Shown: positions 9,632-20,341, counted from the stretch's first letter. The stretch is 64,000 nucleotides of DNA from Chlamydiales bacterium (GCA_965206695.1 CBDBKM010000011.1:409045-473044), one strand, 5' to 3'. Translations and numbers: made by a program. The notes: generated by a model from the letters alone, not told the origin.

Positions 9632-9925
9632 ATGGCAGTGCATTCTATTGAGAAAACCCGGCTTTCGGCTAAAGAGATGTTGTTAAAGGTTCGTTCCGTA
9701 TTTAATCAGATTCCCAATAAAGACCGAGATGCAAGAGGTTTAAAAGCAAAAATTACATTATCTGATTGTTTGATGTCCGGTTTAGCCGTTTTTGGATTAA
9801 AGTTTCCTTCACTTCTACAATTCGATGAAGAACGTCAAGATGAGATCATTCAACATAATTTAAGCACTCTTTACAATATTACAAATATTCCTTCCGATAC
9901 TTATATAAGAGAACGACTTGATTAA
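9632..9925 (+). pseudogene. N-terminal fragment of an ISNCY-type transposase
   Basis: DCLMSGLAVFGLKFPSLLQF...IPSDTYIRERLD, truncated where tnpB begins. Confidence 0.7.
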
Positions 9926-9937
9926 AATAAAGGATTT

Positions 9938-11068
9938 GTGATGAAAGCTGTCAAGTTAAGATTCTATCCGACTCTCAAACAGAGACGGCCATTGGCCCAT
10001 GAGTTTGGTTGTTCTAAATTTGTATACAATTGGGCTTTAAAACGAAGAAGCTCTTTGTATCAAGAAGAAAAAAAATCTATCAATTGGATTGGTCTTAGTA
10101 GAGAGTTAACACAGCTAAAAAAAGAGAAGCTATTCTTAAAAAATGTATCTGCTACAAATTTGTGTAATACCCTTAAGGGTTTGGAGTCGGGATTTCAAAA
10201 ATTTTTTAAGAAGCAGGGCAAATACCCAATATTTAAAAAGCGAAAAAGTTCTTGTGTTTACACATTAGATAAACGCCAAGGTATAAATATTTTTATCAAC
10301 GGAACCGGATTAAGGCTTCCAAGATTAGGAGAACTTAGAGTTAATTGGCATGATACTATACCTTGTTTTCCAAATAGTGCAACGCTATCTAAAAATTGTG
10401 CTGATGAATGGCATGTTTCGCTTCAAGTGGATATGAACCGTACAAAAGAAGCTACGACAACAAACGCAAGAATAGGATTAGATCTTGGACTAAAAACTTT
10501 TGCAACTGACAGCAATGGGAAAAGATATAAACCTCTTAAAGTTTTAGGAAGGTTTCTAAAAAAATTTAGAAAAAAATCAAGATGTCTTTCAAAAAGAGTG
10601 AAAGGCTCGAAAAACAGAAGAAAAGCACGCAAGAAACCGGGTAAGCTCCACCGGCGAATAGCAGATAAGAGGCAAGACTACTTGCACAAGTTGAGTACTT
10701 CTATCGTACGCGAAAACCAAGTAATAGCGCCGGAAGACCTGCATGTGCGTGGCATGATGGCCAATAGTAGATTGAGTCGATCGATCGGGGACGCCGGATG
10801 GAGTGAATTTAGGAGACAAATCGAGTATACATCAAGATGGTATCAAAGGGATTTGTATATCATCGGAAGATATGAGCCTACAAGTAAAACTTGTCATAAA
10901 TGCGGTCATATTAAGAAAGATCTTGTCTTAAGTGTGCGTTCGCGGCAGTGCGAAAAATGTGGAATCAAGCATGACAGAGATATCAATGCCGCAAGAAATA
11001 TATTACTCACCGCAACAAGTGCGGGAAGTGCCTGTGGAGCGTCAAATAAACCGAAAGTAGCCGCTTAG
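9938..11068 (+). CDS. tnpB: TnpB RNA-guided endonuclease (no tnpA partner)
   Basis: KLRFYPT, RuvC GLDLG / EDL / HDRDINAA, CHKC-CEKC zinc finger. Confidence 0.93.
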   Translation: MMKAVKLRFYPTLKQRRPLAHEFGCSKFVYNWALKRRSSLYQEEKKSINWIGLSRELTQLKKEKLFLKNVSATNLCNTLKGLESGFQKFFKKQGKYPIFKKRKSSCVYTLDKRQGINIFINGTGLRLPRLGELRVNWHDTIPCFPNSATLSKNCADEWHVSLQVDMNRTKEATTTNARIGLDLGLKTFATDSNGKRYKPLKVLGRFLKKFRKKSRCLSKRVKGSKNRRKARKKPGKLHRRIADKRQDYLHKLSTSIVRENQVIAPEDLHVRGMMANSRLSRSIGDAGWSEFRRQIEYTSRWYQRDLYIIGRYEPTSKTCHKCGHIKKDLVLSVRSRQCEKCGIKHDRDINAARNILLTATSAGSACGASNKPKVAA

Positions 11069-11170
11069 CGGTAATGATAGGGACGTGTTGAAACAGGAAA
11101 AGCGCAGCGAAGAAACCTTGCAGGACGCAAGTAGCCGGACGTAGTCAGCGATTCTAAGCGTTAGCCGGCG
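11020..11170 (+). ncRNA. Putative omega/reRNA of the upstream TnpB (ends approximate)
   Basis: GC-rich stretch overlapping the tnpB 3' end, with GCCTGTGGAG and TGAAACAGGAA segments typical of IS605 right ends. Confidence 0.5.
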
Positions 11171-11878
11171 TCTCGGATCGCATATCCTCTTCTAAAATTT
11201 TTCTGCTGTACTTGGTACACCGGATAACATGTATAGCTAAGATTAAAAATAGCTGTTTTTGAATTTTTCCGTCTTTCCATGCTTGAAAATATCAAGAAAA
11301 TATCTCCTATTCACAAATTTTCTGAGCAACCTGAAGCGAGAAAAGGATTTTCTTTGGTTAAATGAAGTCTCTTCAGTTTGTTTACAACAAAGCTTGAGAG
11401 ATTTCGATATATCATATATCAACTTCTTTAAAAAAAGACCTGAGTTTCCAAAGTTTAAGAATAAGCATTCGCGTCAATCTATTCGCCTGACAAAATTAGC
11501 ATTTAGTTGGGATGGGACGCATCTTAAAATTGCACAATCTAACCGGGCATTAAATATACGTATTTCTCGACAGTTTTTAACTTTTTTAAAATATAAAAGC
11601 GAGTGGTACGGGAGAAATATAGTAGCATTAGACCACTATTTTTCCGATACACAAAAGTGTTCTGCATGCAGTCATAAACAAGGGAACATATCCCCCGACA
11701 TAAGAATCCGGGAGTGCTCAAATTGTAAAATTAAGCATAACAGAGATTTTAATGCATCATATAATATATATAGGGCAGTCGGTAATTTAAGCCTGTGGAG
11801 ATCATGTTAGACTCACTCTTTTGTTAGCTGTAGTCTGTGAATGAAAAATCTCTTCCCTTTAAGGTTAGAAGCTGTCAA
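11171..11878 (+). mobile_element. Internally deleted IS605 remnant: tnpA fragment (-), tnpB fragments (+), intact right end
   Basis: KTAIFNLSY-like fragment at 11171-11260; FLWLNEVSSVCLQQSLRD and HNRDFNAS; ends GCTGTCAA at 11878. Confidence 0.85.
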
Positions 11879-11913
11879 CATTGAATATATCATAAAACAA
11901 TTCTTTTTTTTAA

Positions 11914-13044
11914 ATGCAAAAAAATAATAAACAATATGCTCTTGATTTATCTCATCATGAATGGCAAGAATGGTGTTCAAAGATTAGAGTGTTTCCATAT
12001 ACAAGTCGACAAATTTTAAAGTGGTTATTTGAAAAACAAATAACCGATCCAAACCTTTTTACCAATCTCCCTAAGCATTTAAGAGAACAACTTATAACAT
12101 CCTTTGATTGGCGCCTGCCAACAATCGATACTCTTTTAAAATCTTCAGTTGATAACAGTCAAAAATTTTTATTAAAAACTCATGATAACAATTATGCGGA
12201 ATGCGTTCTTATGCCTGAGAACAACCGTATAACACTATGCGTTAGTAGCCAGGTAGGATGTAAGTTAGCCTGTACATTCTGTCAAACAGGTCGTTTAGGC
12301 TTCTTTAGAAACCTAACTTCGGGCGAAATCCTATCTCAAATATTAATAGGTAATCAGATTTTAAAAAAACAAGATACGAATCGAAAAATCACTAATATTG
12401 TTTTTATGGGAATGGGAGAACCATTAGACAATTACGACCAAGTGGTTAAAGCTTGTCACATCATGGTTGATAAACAATTATTGAGTTTAAGCAATCATAG
12501 AGTAACTATTTCAACCGCCGGAATCGTTCCTAAGATTAAACAGTTAGGGGAAGAATTACCTGTAAATCTAGCTATTTCTTTGCATTCTGCCGACAATGCC
12601 CATCGTAGTAGTATGATGCCTATTAACCGTATGTATCCATTGGAAGAATTGAAAACAGTCCTATTAGACTATCCGATTCAAACTCGGCATGGCATAACTT
12701 TTGAATATGTTATGATCCATAATGAAAATGACACACTGGCACATGCTAAAAAATTAGTTACTTTTTTACATGGCCTTAAAGCAAAAGTTAATTTAATTCC
12801 AATGAACCCTCATCCGGGAAATATTATGGAAGCCGCTATTCCAAAACAAATTAAAATTTTTCAACAGTATTTAAGCGATCGTTCCATCCCCGCTCCTATC
12901 CGCTATAGTAGAGGTCAAGATATTAGTGCAGCATGTGGGCAGCTTGCCCTTAAACGAAAAGATGAATTAAATCTCCCTCCCAAAGAAATTTCTATAGCAC
13001 GAAGACGTGAACAAAAAATTCTTAATCAACTTCTCTATCAATAA
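11914..13044 (+). CDS. rlmN: 23S rRNA m2A2503 / tRNA radical-SAM methyltransferase
   Basis: CVSSQVGCKLACTFC, MGMGEP, SAACGQL. Confidence 0.95.
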   Translation: MQKNNKQYALDLSHHEWQEWCSKIRVFPYTSRQILKWLFEKQITDPNLFTNLPKHLREQLITSFDWRLPTIDTLLKSSVDNSQKFLLKTHDNNYAECVLMPENNRITLCVSSQVGCKLACTFCQTGRLGFFRNLTSGEILSQILIGNQILKKQDTNRKITNIVFMGMGEPLDNYDQVVKACHIMVDKQLLSLSNHRVTISTAGIVPKIKQLGEELPVNLAISLHSADNAHRSSMMPINRMYPLEELKTVLLDYPIQTRHGITFEYVMIHNENDTLAHAKKLVTFLHGLKAKVNLIPMNPHPGNIMEAAIPKQIKIFQQYLSDRSIPAPIRYSRGQDISAACGQLALKRKDELNLPPKEISIARRREQKILNQLLYQ

Positions 13045-13117
13045 TAATTTTATATTAGACTTCTTTCGAAACTAATTTTTTGATAATAATATTCTTGTTA
13101 AAATAAGTGAGGATAAC

Positions 13118-13555
13118 ATGAAGTTTGAAACAGTTAAAAGTTTAGACGACGAAAAATTTCGTCGGCTAACGGGCATTAAGAAAGCTACATTTGATAGGAT
13201 GCAGTTGATTTTAGAAGAATCGAACAAACTCAAAAAAGTTAAAGGTGTTAGGAAGAACAAACTAAGCATAAAGGATATGCTGCTTATGACTCTAGAATAT
13301 ATCCGAGAATACGGGACTTATTTCCATGTGAGTCAAAGTTACGGTGTTAGTGAGAGTACTGCCTATAAAACTGTAAGGTGGGTCGAGGATACATTAATCA
13401 AGCACCCTGATTTCTCTTTGCCCGGACGCAAAGCTCTTCTAAAGAGCGATGTTGAATATGACGTTATTTTAATCGATGCAACAGAAACGCGTATTGAAAG
13501 GCCAAAAAAAAACAGAAGTATTTTTACTCAGGAAAAAAGAAAAAATATACGCTAA
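13118..13555 (+). CDS. IS5-family transposase, N-terminal ORF
   Basis: FRRLTGI, IDATE..IERPKK followed by an A-run. Confidence 0.85.
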   Translation: MKFETVKSLDDEKFRRLTGIKKATFDRMQLILEESNKLKKVKGVRKNKLSIKDMLLMTLEYIREYGTYFHVSQSYGVSESTAYKTVRWVEDTLIKHPDFSLPGRKALLKSDVEYDVILIDATETRIERPKKNRSIFTQEKRKNIR

Positions 13556-13569
13556 AAACTCAGGTTGTT

Positions 13570-13944
13570 GTGAAGAAGAAGACGCAACAAGTAATCTGTA
13601 CGGCATTCTCGAATGGCAAGCTACATGATTTCAGATTATTCAAAGAGTCAAAAATACAAATCCGTCCGGAAATAAATGTGTTGACTGATACCGGATATCA
13701 AGGTCTACAAGATATTCACTCTAAGACCCAAATGCCAAAGAAAAAAAGTAAAAAGAAGCCATTGACTAAAGAGGATAAGAAACGCAATCGACAGCTTTCC
13801 AAAGAACGAGTTCTCAATGAACATGTCATTGCCCGTTTAAAGCGATTCAAGATTATAACTGATCGTTACGGAAATAGGCGTAAAAGGTTTGCTCTTCGTT
13901 TTAATCTAATTGCCGGTATTTACAATTTGGAGTTGGCACAATGA
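13570..13944 (+). CDS. IS5-family transposase, C-terminal ORF
   Basis: HDF, DTGYQG, RVLNEHVIARLKRF. Confidence 0.85.
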   Translation: MKKKTQQVICTAFSNGKLHDFRLFKESKIQIRPEINVLTDTGYQGLQDIHSKTQMPKKKSKKKPLTKEDKKRNRQLSKERVLNEHVIARLKRFKIITDRYGNRRKRFALRFNLIAGIYNLELAQ

Positions 13945-13979
13945 GTTTCGAAAGAAGTCTATTATCTATTTTATGATTC

Positions 13980-14067
13980 GGCTCTTTCAACATCGAAGTG
14001 CAACAAATAGGAGAAATTTGAGGTTTAATGAGGTGCCTACTTGTTGCACTTCATATTTGACAAGGCA
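13980..14067. mobile_element. IS30-derived MITE (about 88 bp)
   Basis: Both IS30 TIRs (CTTTCAACATCGAAGTGCAACA / TGTTGCACTTCA) separated by about 35 bp. Confidence 0.75.
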
Positions 14068-14177
14068 AGGTGTTAATTAAAGCCATTCGAAAGTTTTTTC
14101 ACTATTATTTTATCGATGATAAAATATATTTTTGATAATCTTGATTTTTTTTAAATAAGTATTAAAAAGAGATAACG

Positions 14178-14648
14178 ATGCCGGCAGTTCTTTTTGTTTG
14201 CCTAGGTAATATTTGTCGATCGCCTGCAGCGGAAGCCATTTTACATTTTTATGCTAAGCGTAATTACCCTGAAGATTATACTCATGTTAAAAGTTGTGGT
14301 CTAGCTGATTGGCATTTAGGAGAGTTGCCGGATCCTCGCATGCAAAAGGCTCTGAAGAAAAAGGGTTTTAAATCCTATACAAGAGCAGAGCAATTTAAAC
14401 CCCTATTTTTTGATAGTTTTGATTATATCCTTGCCTCAGATTTGGATATTATGAAGAAACTTTTAGAGTTCGCTAAATCAAAACAAAATCGAGAAAAAGT
14501 TTCTCTAATGACAGAATTTTCTCCTGAATTAGAAGGGAAAGATATTCCGGATCCTTATTACGGAAAAGAAAAAGATTTTGACGAGGTTGTCAGTATTTTA
14601 GAAACAGTATGTCAGGATATCCTGCATTATATTTTTAAGAAACAATAA
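14178..14648 (+). CDS. Low molecular weight protein-tyrosine phosphatase
   Basis: FVCLGNICRS and DPYYG. Confidence 0.93.
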   Translation: MPAVLFVCLGNICRSPAAEAILHFYAKRNYPEDYTHVKSCGLADWHLGELPDPRMQKALKKKGFKSYTRAEQFKPLFFDSFDYILASDLDIMKKLLEFAKSKQNREKVSLMTEFSPELEGKDIPDPYYGKEKDFDEVVSILETVCQDILHYIFKKQ

Positions 14649-14735
14649 CAGATGTTGTCGGGATAATTTTTCTGGCATATTTTTTTCATAGTCTTTATAA
14701 TCTTTATAATTTTTCATTTCACCTTCTGTAGAATT

Positions 14736-16076
14736 ATGACAGTTAATCATATTATCCAATCTATTAATGAACACCTTACTTTTTTTGTGGTGTTCCCTCT
14801 TATGACGATATTTGGAATTTATCTAACAATACGTCTTAGATTCATTCAATTTTTTAAATTAAAATTAGCTTGTAAGCACCTAATCAAAAAAGAAAAAAAT
14901 GCAGAAGGCGATATTTCTCATTTTGAAGCTCTATCAGCAGTGTTAGCCGGTAATTTAGGAACAGGTAATATTTCAGGTGTGGCCATTGCCTTAACTTTTG
15001 GAGGTCCGGGAGCCGTGATATGGATGTGGTTTATGGCATTTATGGGAGCTATTATCAATTATGCCGGATGTTTTTTGGGTGTAAAATATCGCCAAAAAAA
15101 TGAGAATAACGAGTATGTGGGTGGCCCTATGTACTATTTACATAAAGGACTGAGATTAAAATCAGTTGCTGTTGGATTTGCCTTATTCACCATTGTTTCT
15201 TCTTTGACAGCAGGAAATTTAGTGCAGGTTAATTCGATTAACCTCCCTTTACAAGCTTTAGGCGTCTCACCTTATTTAATTGGTTTTTCCATGCTTATTT
15301 TTACATTCATAGTCATTATCGGAGGGATGAAGCGTATTGCAAAAGTAGTATCAGCAGTGGTTCCTTTAATGACGTTCATGTATTTAATTGGAGCATGTAT
15401 CATTTTATTCTTCTTTAGAAAAGAAATTATTCCGGCCTTTTCTTTAATATTTGCTTGTGCCTTTAAACCTTCGTCGGCAGCCGGTGGATTACTGGGCTTT
15501 GGTTTAATAAAAGTAGTAAGTTCCGGTTTTGAAAGAGCTATTTTTGCAACAGATGCAGGTACCGGTTTAGTACCTGTTTTACAATCAAGTGCCCGTACAA
15601 AAAGCCCTGTTTTAGAAGGTGTTATTTCTATGATAGCTCCTTTTTTTGTTATGGTCATTTGCACCATTACAGGGCTCATCTTAATTGTAACGGGAGCTTG
15701 GAATATAAACGGCTTGGAAAGCACTAACATGTGTATCTGGGCATTTAAAAAAGGATTACATGTTTCCCGGTCAGAATATCCGGTTATTATTGCTCTTTTT
15801 TTATTTGCTTTTACAACTATTTTAGCGTGGTGTTGCTGCGCAGAAAAAGCTGTGGCCTATCTTTTTGGAACGCATCGCATACGCACCTTTCAATTATTCT
15901 TTGTTGCCATGATACCAATTGGCGTTTTTGCAAGCGTGGATATAGTCTGGGCTTTAGCAGATATTTCCATCGCCTGTATGCTGATTTGTAATATGATTGG
16001 GATAATCGGTTTGTCAGAGCAGGTAATTAATGAAAGTCATGCCTATTTTTCAGAACCGGCGCCTAGTATCAATTAA
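14736..16076 (+). CDS. Alanine/glycine:cation symporter (AGCS family)
   Basis: GTGNISGVAIA, GGPGAVIWMW, YVGGPMYY; multiple TM helices. Confidence 0.92.
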   Translation: MTVNHIIQSINEHLTFFVVFPLMTIFGIYLTIRLRFIQFFKLKLACKHLIKKEKNAEGDISHFEALSAVLAGNLGTGNISGVAIALTFGGPGAVIWMWFMAFMGAIINYAGCFLGVKYRQKNENNEYVGGPMYYLHKGLRLKSVAVGFALFTIVSSLTAGNLVQVNSINLPLQALGVSPYLIGFSMLIFTFIVIIGGMKRIAKVVSAVVPLMTFMYLIGACIILFFFRKEIIPAFSLIFACAFKPSSAAGGLLGFGLIKVVSSGFERAIFATDAGTGLVPVLQSSARTKSPVLEGVISMIAPFFVMVICTITGLILIVTGAWNINGLESTNMCIWAFKKGLHVSRSEYPVIIALFLFAFTTILAWCCCAEKAVAYLFGTHRIRTFQLFFVAMIPIGVFASVDIVWALADISIACMLICNMIGIIGLSEQVINESHAYFSEPAPSIN

Positions 16077-16195
16077 TATTTTATATTCCTAATACGTTTT
16101 AATTATTTAATATACTTGATGATTATAGTTGAAACAATTATTCTTTTATTGTCTCCATTAAATATTGATTACACTGATATAAAGGTCTTTTTCGC

Positions 16196-16786
16196 ATGAA
16201 TTTTGAATTTTCTAATCCGCATACAATATCAGAGTCCTTTTTTTGGTTTTGTGCCATTGTCGGAACTATTATTTTCATTATCAGGATGCTCCTAAATATT
16301 ATTGGTTTTGGTTTTGAAGATCAAATAGGTGATACAACATCCGGTCAATCCGATGATGCCTTTCATATTTTTTCTCTACATTCGTTAAGCGGTTTTTTTA
16401 TGCTTTTCGGTTGGTCAGGCTTAGCTTCATTGATACAGTTTTCATTACCCATATTTGCCTCTTCTTTGATCGCTTTGATAATGGGAAGCTTTATGCTCCT
16501 TCTGACACATCTGATTTTTAAAGCAGCGAAAAACTTGATTAGCAAAGGAGATCAATTTATTCTTGATGATTCGATAGGCAGGCAAGGAGTTGTTTATCAG
16601 CAAATACCTGCAAATGGGGTTGGAACCATCCAAGTATCTGTTAATAATATTATGAGAGAATTGGATGCTGTTTCAGAAAATAGAATACCCATTCCCTCTT
16701 TTTGTAGCGTTCAAGTTGTTCATGTAATTAGTGAAAAGGTTGTAGCCGTAAAAAGCCTGCCTAAAGAATTAAAAAAGAAATTTTAA
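16196..16786 (+). CDS. NfeD-like membrane protein (flotillin partner)
   Basis: N-terminal TM helices and a C-terminal OB-fold-like region, directly upstream of the SPFH gene. Confidence 0.8.
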   Translation: MNFEFSNPHTISESFFWFCAIVGTIIFIIRMLLNIIGFGFEDQIGDTTSGQSDDAFHIFSLHSLSGFFMLFGWSGLASLIQFSLPIFASSLIALIMGSFMLLLTHLIFKAAKNLISKGDQFILDDSIGRQGVVYQQIPANGVGTIQVSVNNIMRELDAVSENRIPIPSFCSVQVVHVISEKVVAVKSLPKELKKKF

Positions 16787-16805
16787 CATTTAAGGAGAGA
16801 AAACA

Positions 16806-18209
16806 GTGGATTTTACCAATATTGCCATAACTATCACAATTATTTTTGTCTTTGCGACCATATTTTTTTTAGCAAAGATTTATCGTCGATGTCCTTCTAA
16901 TAAGATATTAGTTGTCTTTGGAAGAGTCGCCGGGCACAAAACTGTACAATGTTATCATGGTGGAGGAACATTTATATGGCCTCTTATTCAAGATAGTCGT
17001 TTTATAGACTTAACACCCCGTACCATTCATATTCCTTTAAAAGGGGCTCTTTCATTACAAAATATTCGTGTTAATGTTCCTTCTACATTTACTGTCGCAG
17101 TTGGAACGACGCAAGAAGTGATGAATAATGCAGCGATTAGAATACTGGCTTTAACATCCAAAGAAATCGAATCCATGGCAACAGAAATCATAATAGGTCA
17201 ATTACGTCTAACTGTCGCTTCCCTTCGTATTGAAGAGATCAATCAAGATAGAGAGCGATTCTTAGAATCTATTAAAAATAATATTGAACCTGAATTGCAT
17301 AAGATTGGTTTGACCCTTATCAACGTTAATATAACAGATATTACCGATGAGTCTGAATATATTGAAAGCATTGGGAAGAAAGCAGCGGCACGTGCTGTTA
17401 ACCAAGCAAAAATTGATGTTGCAGAACAAGAAAAGCAAGGGGATATCGGTCAGTCAGAAGCTGATAAAGATCGTCGTATTCAAGTTGAGAATTATCATGC
17501 AGAGGCTGTTACAGGAGAAAATACGGCTAAAGCAAACATTGTAAAAAGTAATGCTGATCTAGCTGAAAAAGAAGCTGAAGCCGGTAAGAGAAGTGAAGTA
17601 GCTAGGCAACAAGCTTCAGCAGAAGTTCAAAGAGCTCGAGCACTTTCAGAAACACAACGTCTTGAGGCTGAGCAAATTGTTCCGCAAGAGATTACTAAGC
17701 GAAAAATTGAAATTGATGCAGAGGCAGAAAAATTAAAAAGAGTTTTAGAAGCTAAAGGGGAAGCTGAAGCTATTTTGACTCTTAGACAAGCCGAAGCTGA
17801 AGGTATCAAGAAAATACTTGATGCTAAAGCCGATGGTTATAAGCAGTTAGTTCAAGCATGTGGAAACGATGCTAACAGCGCTTCTACCATGTTATTGATA
17901 GAAAAGATGGAAGCTTTAGTTAACTTACAAGCAGAAGCAATCAAGAATATTAAAATTGATAAGATTACTGTTTGGGATAGTGGTAGTGGTGGTGATAAAA
18001 ATGGCACAACCACTTCAGATTTTATTAGCAATATGGTGAAATCTCTACCTGCCTTACACGACATAGCAGCTGTTGCAGGGCTTCAACTTCCTCCTTTCCT
18101 AGGTAAAGTTGATTCAAAGGAGCTTGAGCATTTAACAGAAGCGATGGCGAAAAAAACACAAAAAGCCGATCAACATACTCGTTTCGCAAAAGTAGAAGAA
18201 GAGAAGTAA
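16806..18209 (+). CDS. Flotillin / SPFH-domain protein
   Basis: N-terminal TM, SPFH domain, AEA-rich coiled coil. Confidence 0.92.
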   Translation: MDFTNIAITITIIFVFATIFFLAKIYRRCPSNKILVVFGRVAGHKTVQCYHGGGTFIWPLIQDSRFIDLTPRTIHIPLKGALSLQNIRVNVPSTFTVAVGTTQEVMNNAAIRILALTSKEIESMATEIIIGQLRLTVASLRIEEINQDRERFLESIKNNIEPELHKIGLTLINVNITDITDESEYIESIGKKAAARAVNQAKIDVAEQEKQGDIGQSEADKDRRIQVENYHAEAVTGENTAKANIVKSNADLAEKEAEAGKRSEVARQQASAEVQRARALSETQRLEAEQIVPQEITKRKIEIDAEAEKLKRVLEAKGEAEAILTLRQAEAEGIKKILDAKADGYKQLVQACGNDANSASTMLLIEKMEALVNLQAEAIKNIKIDKITVWDSGSGGDKNGTTTSDFISNMVKSLPALHDIAAVAGLQLPPFLGKVDSKELEHLTEAMAKKTQKADQHTRFAKVEEEK

Positions 18210-18339
18210 TCTACGTATATAGCATAATGGTAGAGTCTCCGATCGTTGAATTTTCGATAAGCGAAATTTTAGATGGTTTCAGGAGCCTTTCCGGCTAATT
18301 GTGTCAATTTCCATGTTTAATATAAACTGTTATTCAATA

Positions 18340-18856
18340 ATGATGACAAAATATGGAGTATATAGCAAAACAAGTTGATTATCTCGGAAAGATTGCTAAG
18401 AATACTGTTAGTCAGTACAAGACTAAAGATGCACTTTTTGGTGAGGGTGGCGCTTTTAACGCCACCTTATTGAAGCAGTCCTAAACGACGGGTTACTGAT
18501 CATTAAAGACAAACGTACGCAAGGGGTACAGCAAAAAAACGGTAAAGGGCTCGGTTAGGTGAAATGGATATTACCCTCCCCAAAGATCGAGAGCCAACAC
18601 TCGTAGCCAAGCGCCAAACACGCTTTGATGGCTTTAACGATAAAATTTTGACTATGTATGCATGCACCACGCGGTGCGAGCATAACGGATATTTAAACGC
18701 AGCTTCATGAGCTTTACGGAAAGAGGTGTCAACATCCTTTACGGAAAGAGGTGTCAACATCGCTGATATCGAATGTCACGGCCTTTAGATCGTGTTTACT
18801 CAATTGTTTATCCGGACTGCATTGTCGTCAAAGCTAGAGAGGATAAACGTATCATT
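18340..18856 (+). pseudogene. Degraded IS256-family transposase
   Basis: Fragments LVAKRQTRFDGFNDKILTMYA and PLDRVYSIVYPDCIVVKAREDKRII; internal 25-bp tandem duplication at 18712-18761. Confidence 0.8.
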
Positions 18857-19000
18857 GAAGACTGCACGGACGCAGTCGACCCGCGAGTGACAGTTGTGTA
18901 TCAAAGAGGAACAGAGGAACGAAAAGTGCTTTAATTTTTTTGGAGGCTTAATCCAATTAAAAAAAGCAGCGATTCCCGTTAAATAATTTTTCGCAATGAT
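18851..19000. repeat. Dispersed repeat, copy 2 (related to 9475-9586)
   Basis: Direct sequence similarity at both ends, longer middle section. Confidence 0.75.
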
Positions 19001-19487
19001 ATATATACCCATTTAAGCTGAAGAAATGACAAATGGGGGTGGTTTTATAACTCTAAAGTTATCAGTAATACGCCTTTTTAAAAGATCTGAATAGCTGTTT
19101 AGTGGATTTGCGAGTTTTTTTAAAAATCCCAAAATCCTATCTTTAAAATCACCGAATTTCTCGTAATATCGATTATTGAGGATCTGTTCATTCATCAACT
19201 TCCATAAGCGTTCAATAGGATTAAGATTAGGACTATAAGGAGGAAGAAACTGCATGGAAATTTTTGAAGTTTTTAAAAAATCTTGCACTTTTCTATTACG
19301 ATAATATCCGGCATTATCACAAAAGAGATAGAGAGTCTTTTTTTCGGGATAAGCATGTTCTAACTTTTTTAAAAAACAAATTGTTGAATCTGCATTGAGT
19401 GCTTGATCTTCTTGAGATATAGTATTTTAATTTTTATTTGATAATATGTTATCCTTCTTTTTTTATACAAACAGTAAGGACAAAACA

Positions 19488-19856
19488 ATGCCTAGAGCCT
19501 ATTCAGTAGATCTTCGAGAGAAAGTATTACAACATATAGAAAAACATCATGATAAAAAAACAGCCGGCCATATTTTTCAAGTAGGTATCGCAACAATATA
19601 TCGATGGATCTTGCAAAAAAAGCAAAAAGGACATTTAAAGCCAATCCGCAGAAAATATGCTTATAAGAAATTAGATGATGAGTTGTTATCTAAATATGTA
19701 GAAAAACATCCGGATTATTTTTTATCGGAAATTGCTGATTATTTTTCAGTCACTCCGCAAACGATTTTTTATGCCCTTAAAAGATTAAAAATTACACGAA
19801 AAAAAAAACGACTCGCTATAAGGAAAGAGATGAAAAGAAACGGGAAGCTTTTATGA
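19488..19856 (+). CDS. IS630 transposase OrfA
   Basis: Near-identical to 208-576. Confidence 0.9.
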   Translation: MPRAYSVDLREKVLQHIEKHHDKKTAGHIFQVGIATIYRWILQKKQKGHLKPIRRKYAYKKLDDELLSKYVEKHPDYFLSEIADYFSVTPQTIFYALKRLKITRKKKRLAIRKEMKRNGKLL

Positions 19857-20341
19857 AAGATTTAAAAAATATTCCCTTTGACAAGAGAATTTATCTCGAT
19901 GAAACCGGGATTCATCAATTTTTATTTCGTGAGTCCGGAAGAAGCTTACGCGGCAAAAGAGTTTTTGGAGCGGTTTCAGGAAACCGCTTTATAAGGCAAA
20001 ATATTATTTCAGCCCTATCTAAAGGGCAGTTTTTATCTCCAATGTGTTTTGAAGGTACTTGTAATACCGGGTTATTCAATATTTGGCTTAAGGAAGTTTT
20101 GACTCCTCAGCTTACACCCGGTAGTGTTCTTATTCTTGACAATGCCGGTTTTCACAAGTCAGCGGAAAGCAGGAAAATAGTAGAATCTGCCGGTTGTAAG
20201 CTTATGTTTCTTCCTCCATATTCTCCGGACTTAAATCCTATAGAAAAATATTGGGCTAATATGAAAAATAAAGTTAGAGAGATATTACGAAAAGTTACGA
20301 ATTTTAAATTCGCCATTGATCAAGCAATCTTATCAATGTAA
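19853..20341 (+). CDS. IS630 transposase OrfB
   Basis: Near-identical to 573-1061. Confidence 0.9.
   Translation: MKDLKNIPFDKRIYLDETGIHQFLFRESGRSLRGKRVFGAVSGNRFIRQNIISALSKGQFLSPMCFEGTCNTGLFNIWLKEVLTPQLTPGSVLILDNAGFHKSAESRKIVESAGCKLMFLPPYSPDLNPIEKYWANMKNKVREILRKVTNFKFAIDQAILSM

Larger units (their letters stand above)
13057..13960 (+). mobile_element. IS5-family element with two ORFs
   Basis: 17-bp perfect TIRs AGACTTCTTTCGAAACT, ATT target duplication. Confidence 0.92.

Noticed and set aside
9925..11170. IStron (group I intron plus TnpB) in the ISNCY gene
   Set aside because: No room for an intron core upstream of tnpB, and the ISNCY frame does not resume downstream
15272..15730. 152-aa antisense ORF, and similar 60-120 aa shadow ORFs across the window
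   Set aside because: They lie antisense or out of frame within well-supported genes and show no motifs
18712..18761. 25-bp direct repeat as a regulatory or att site
   Set aside because: Simple tandem duplication inside a decayed IS256 gene
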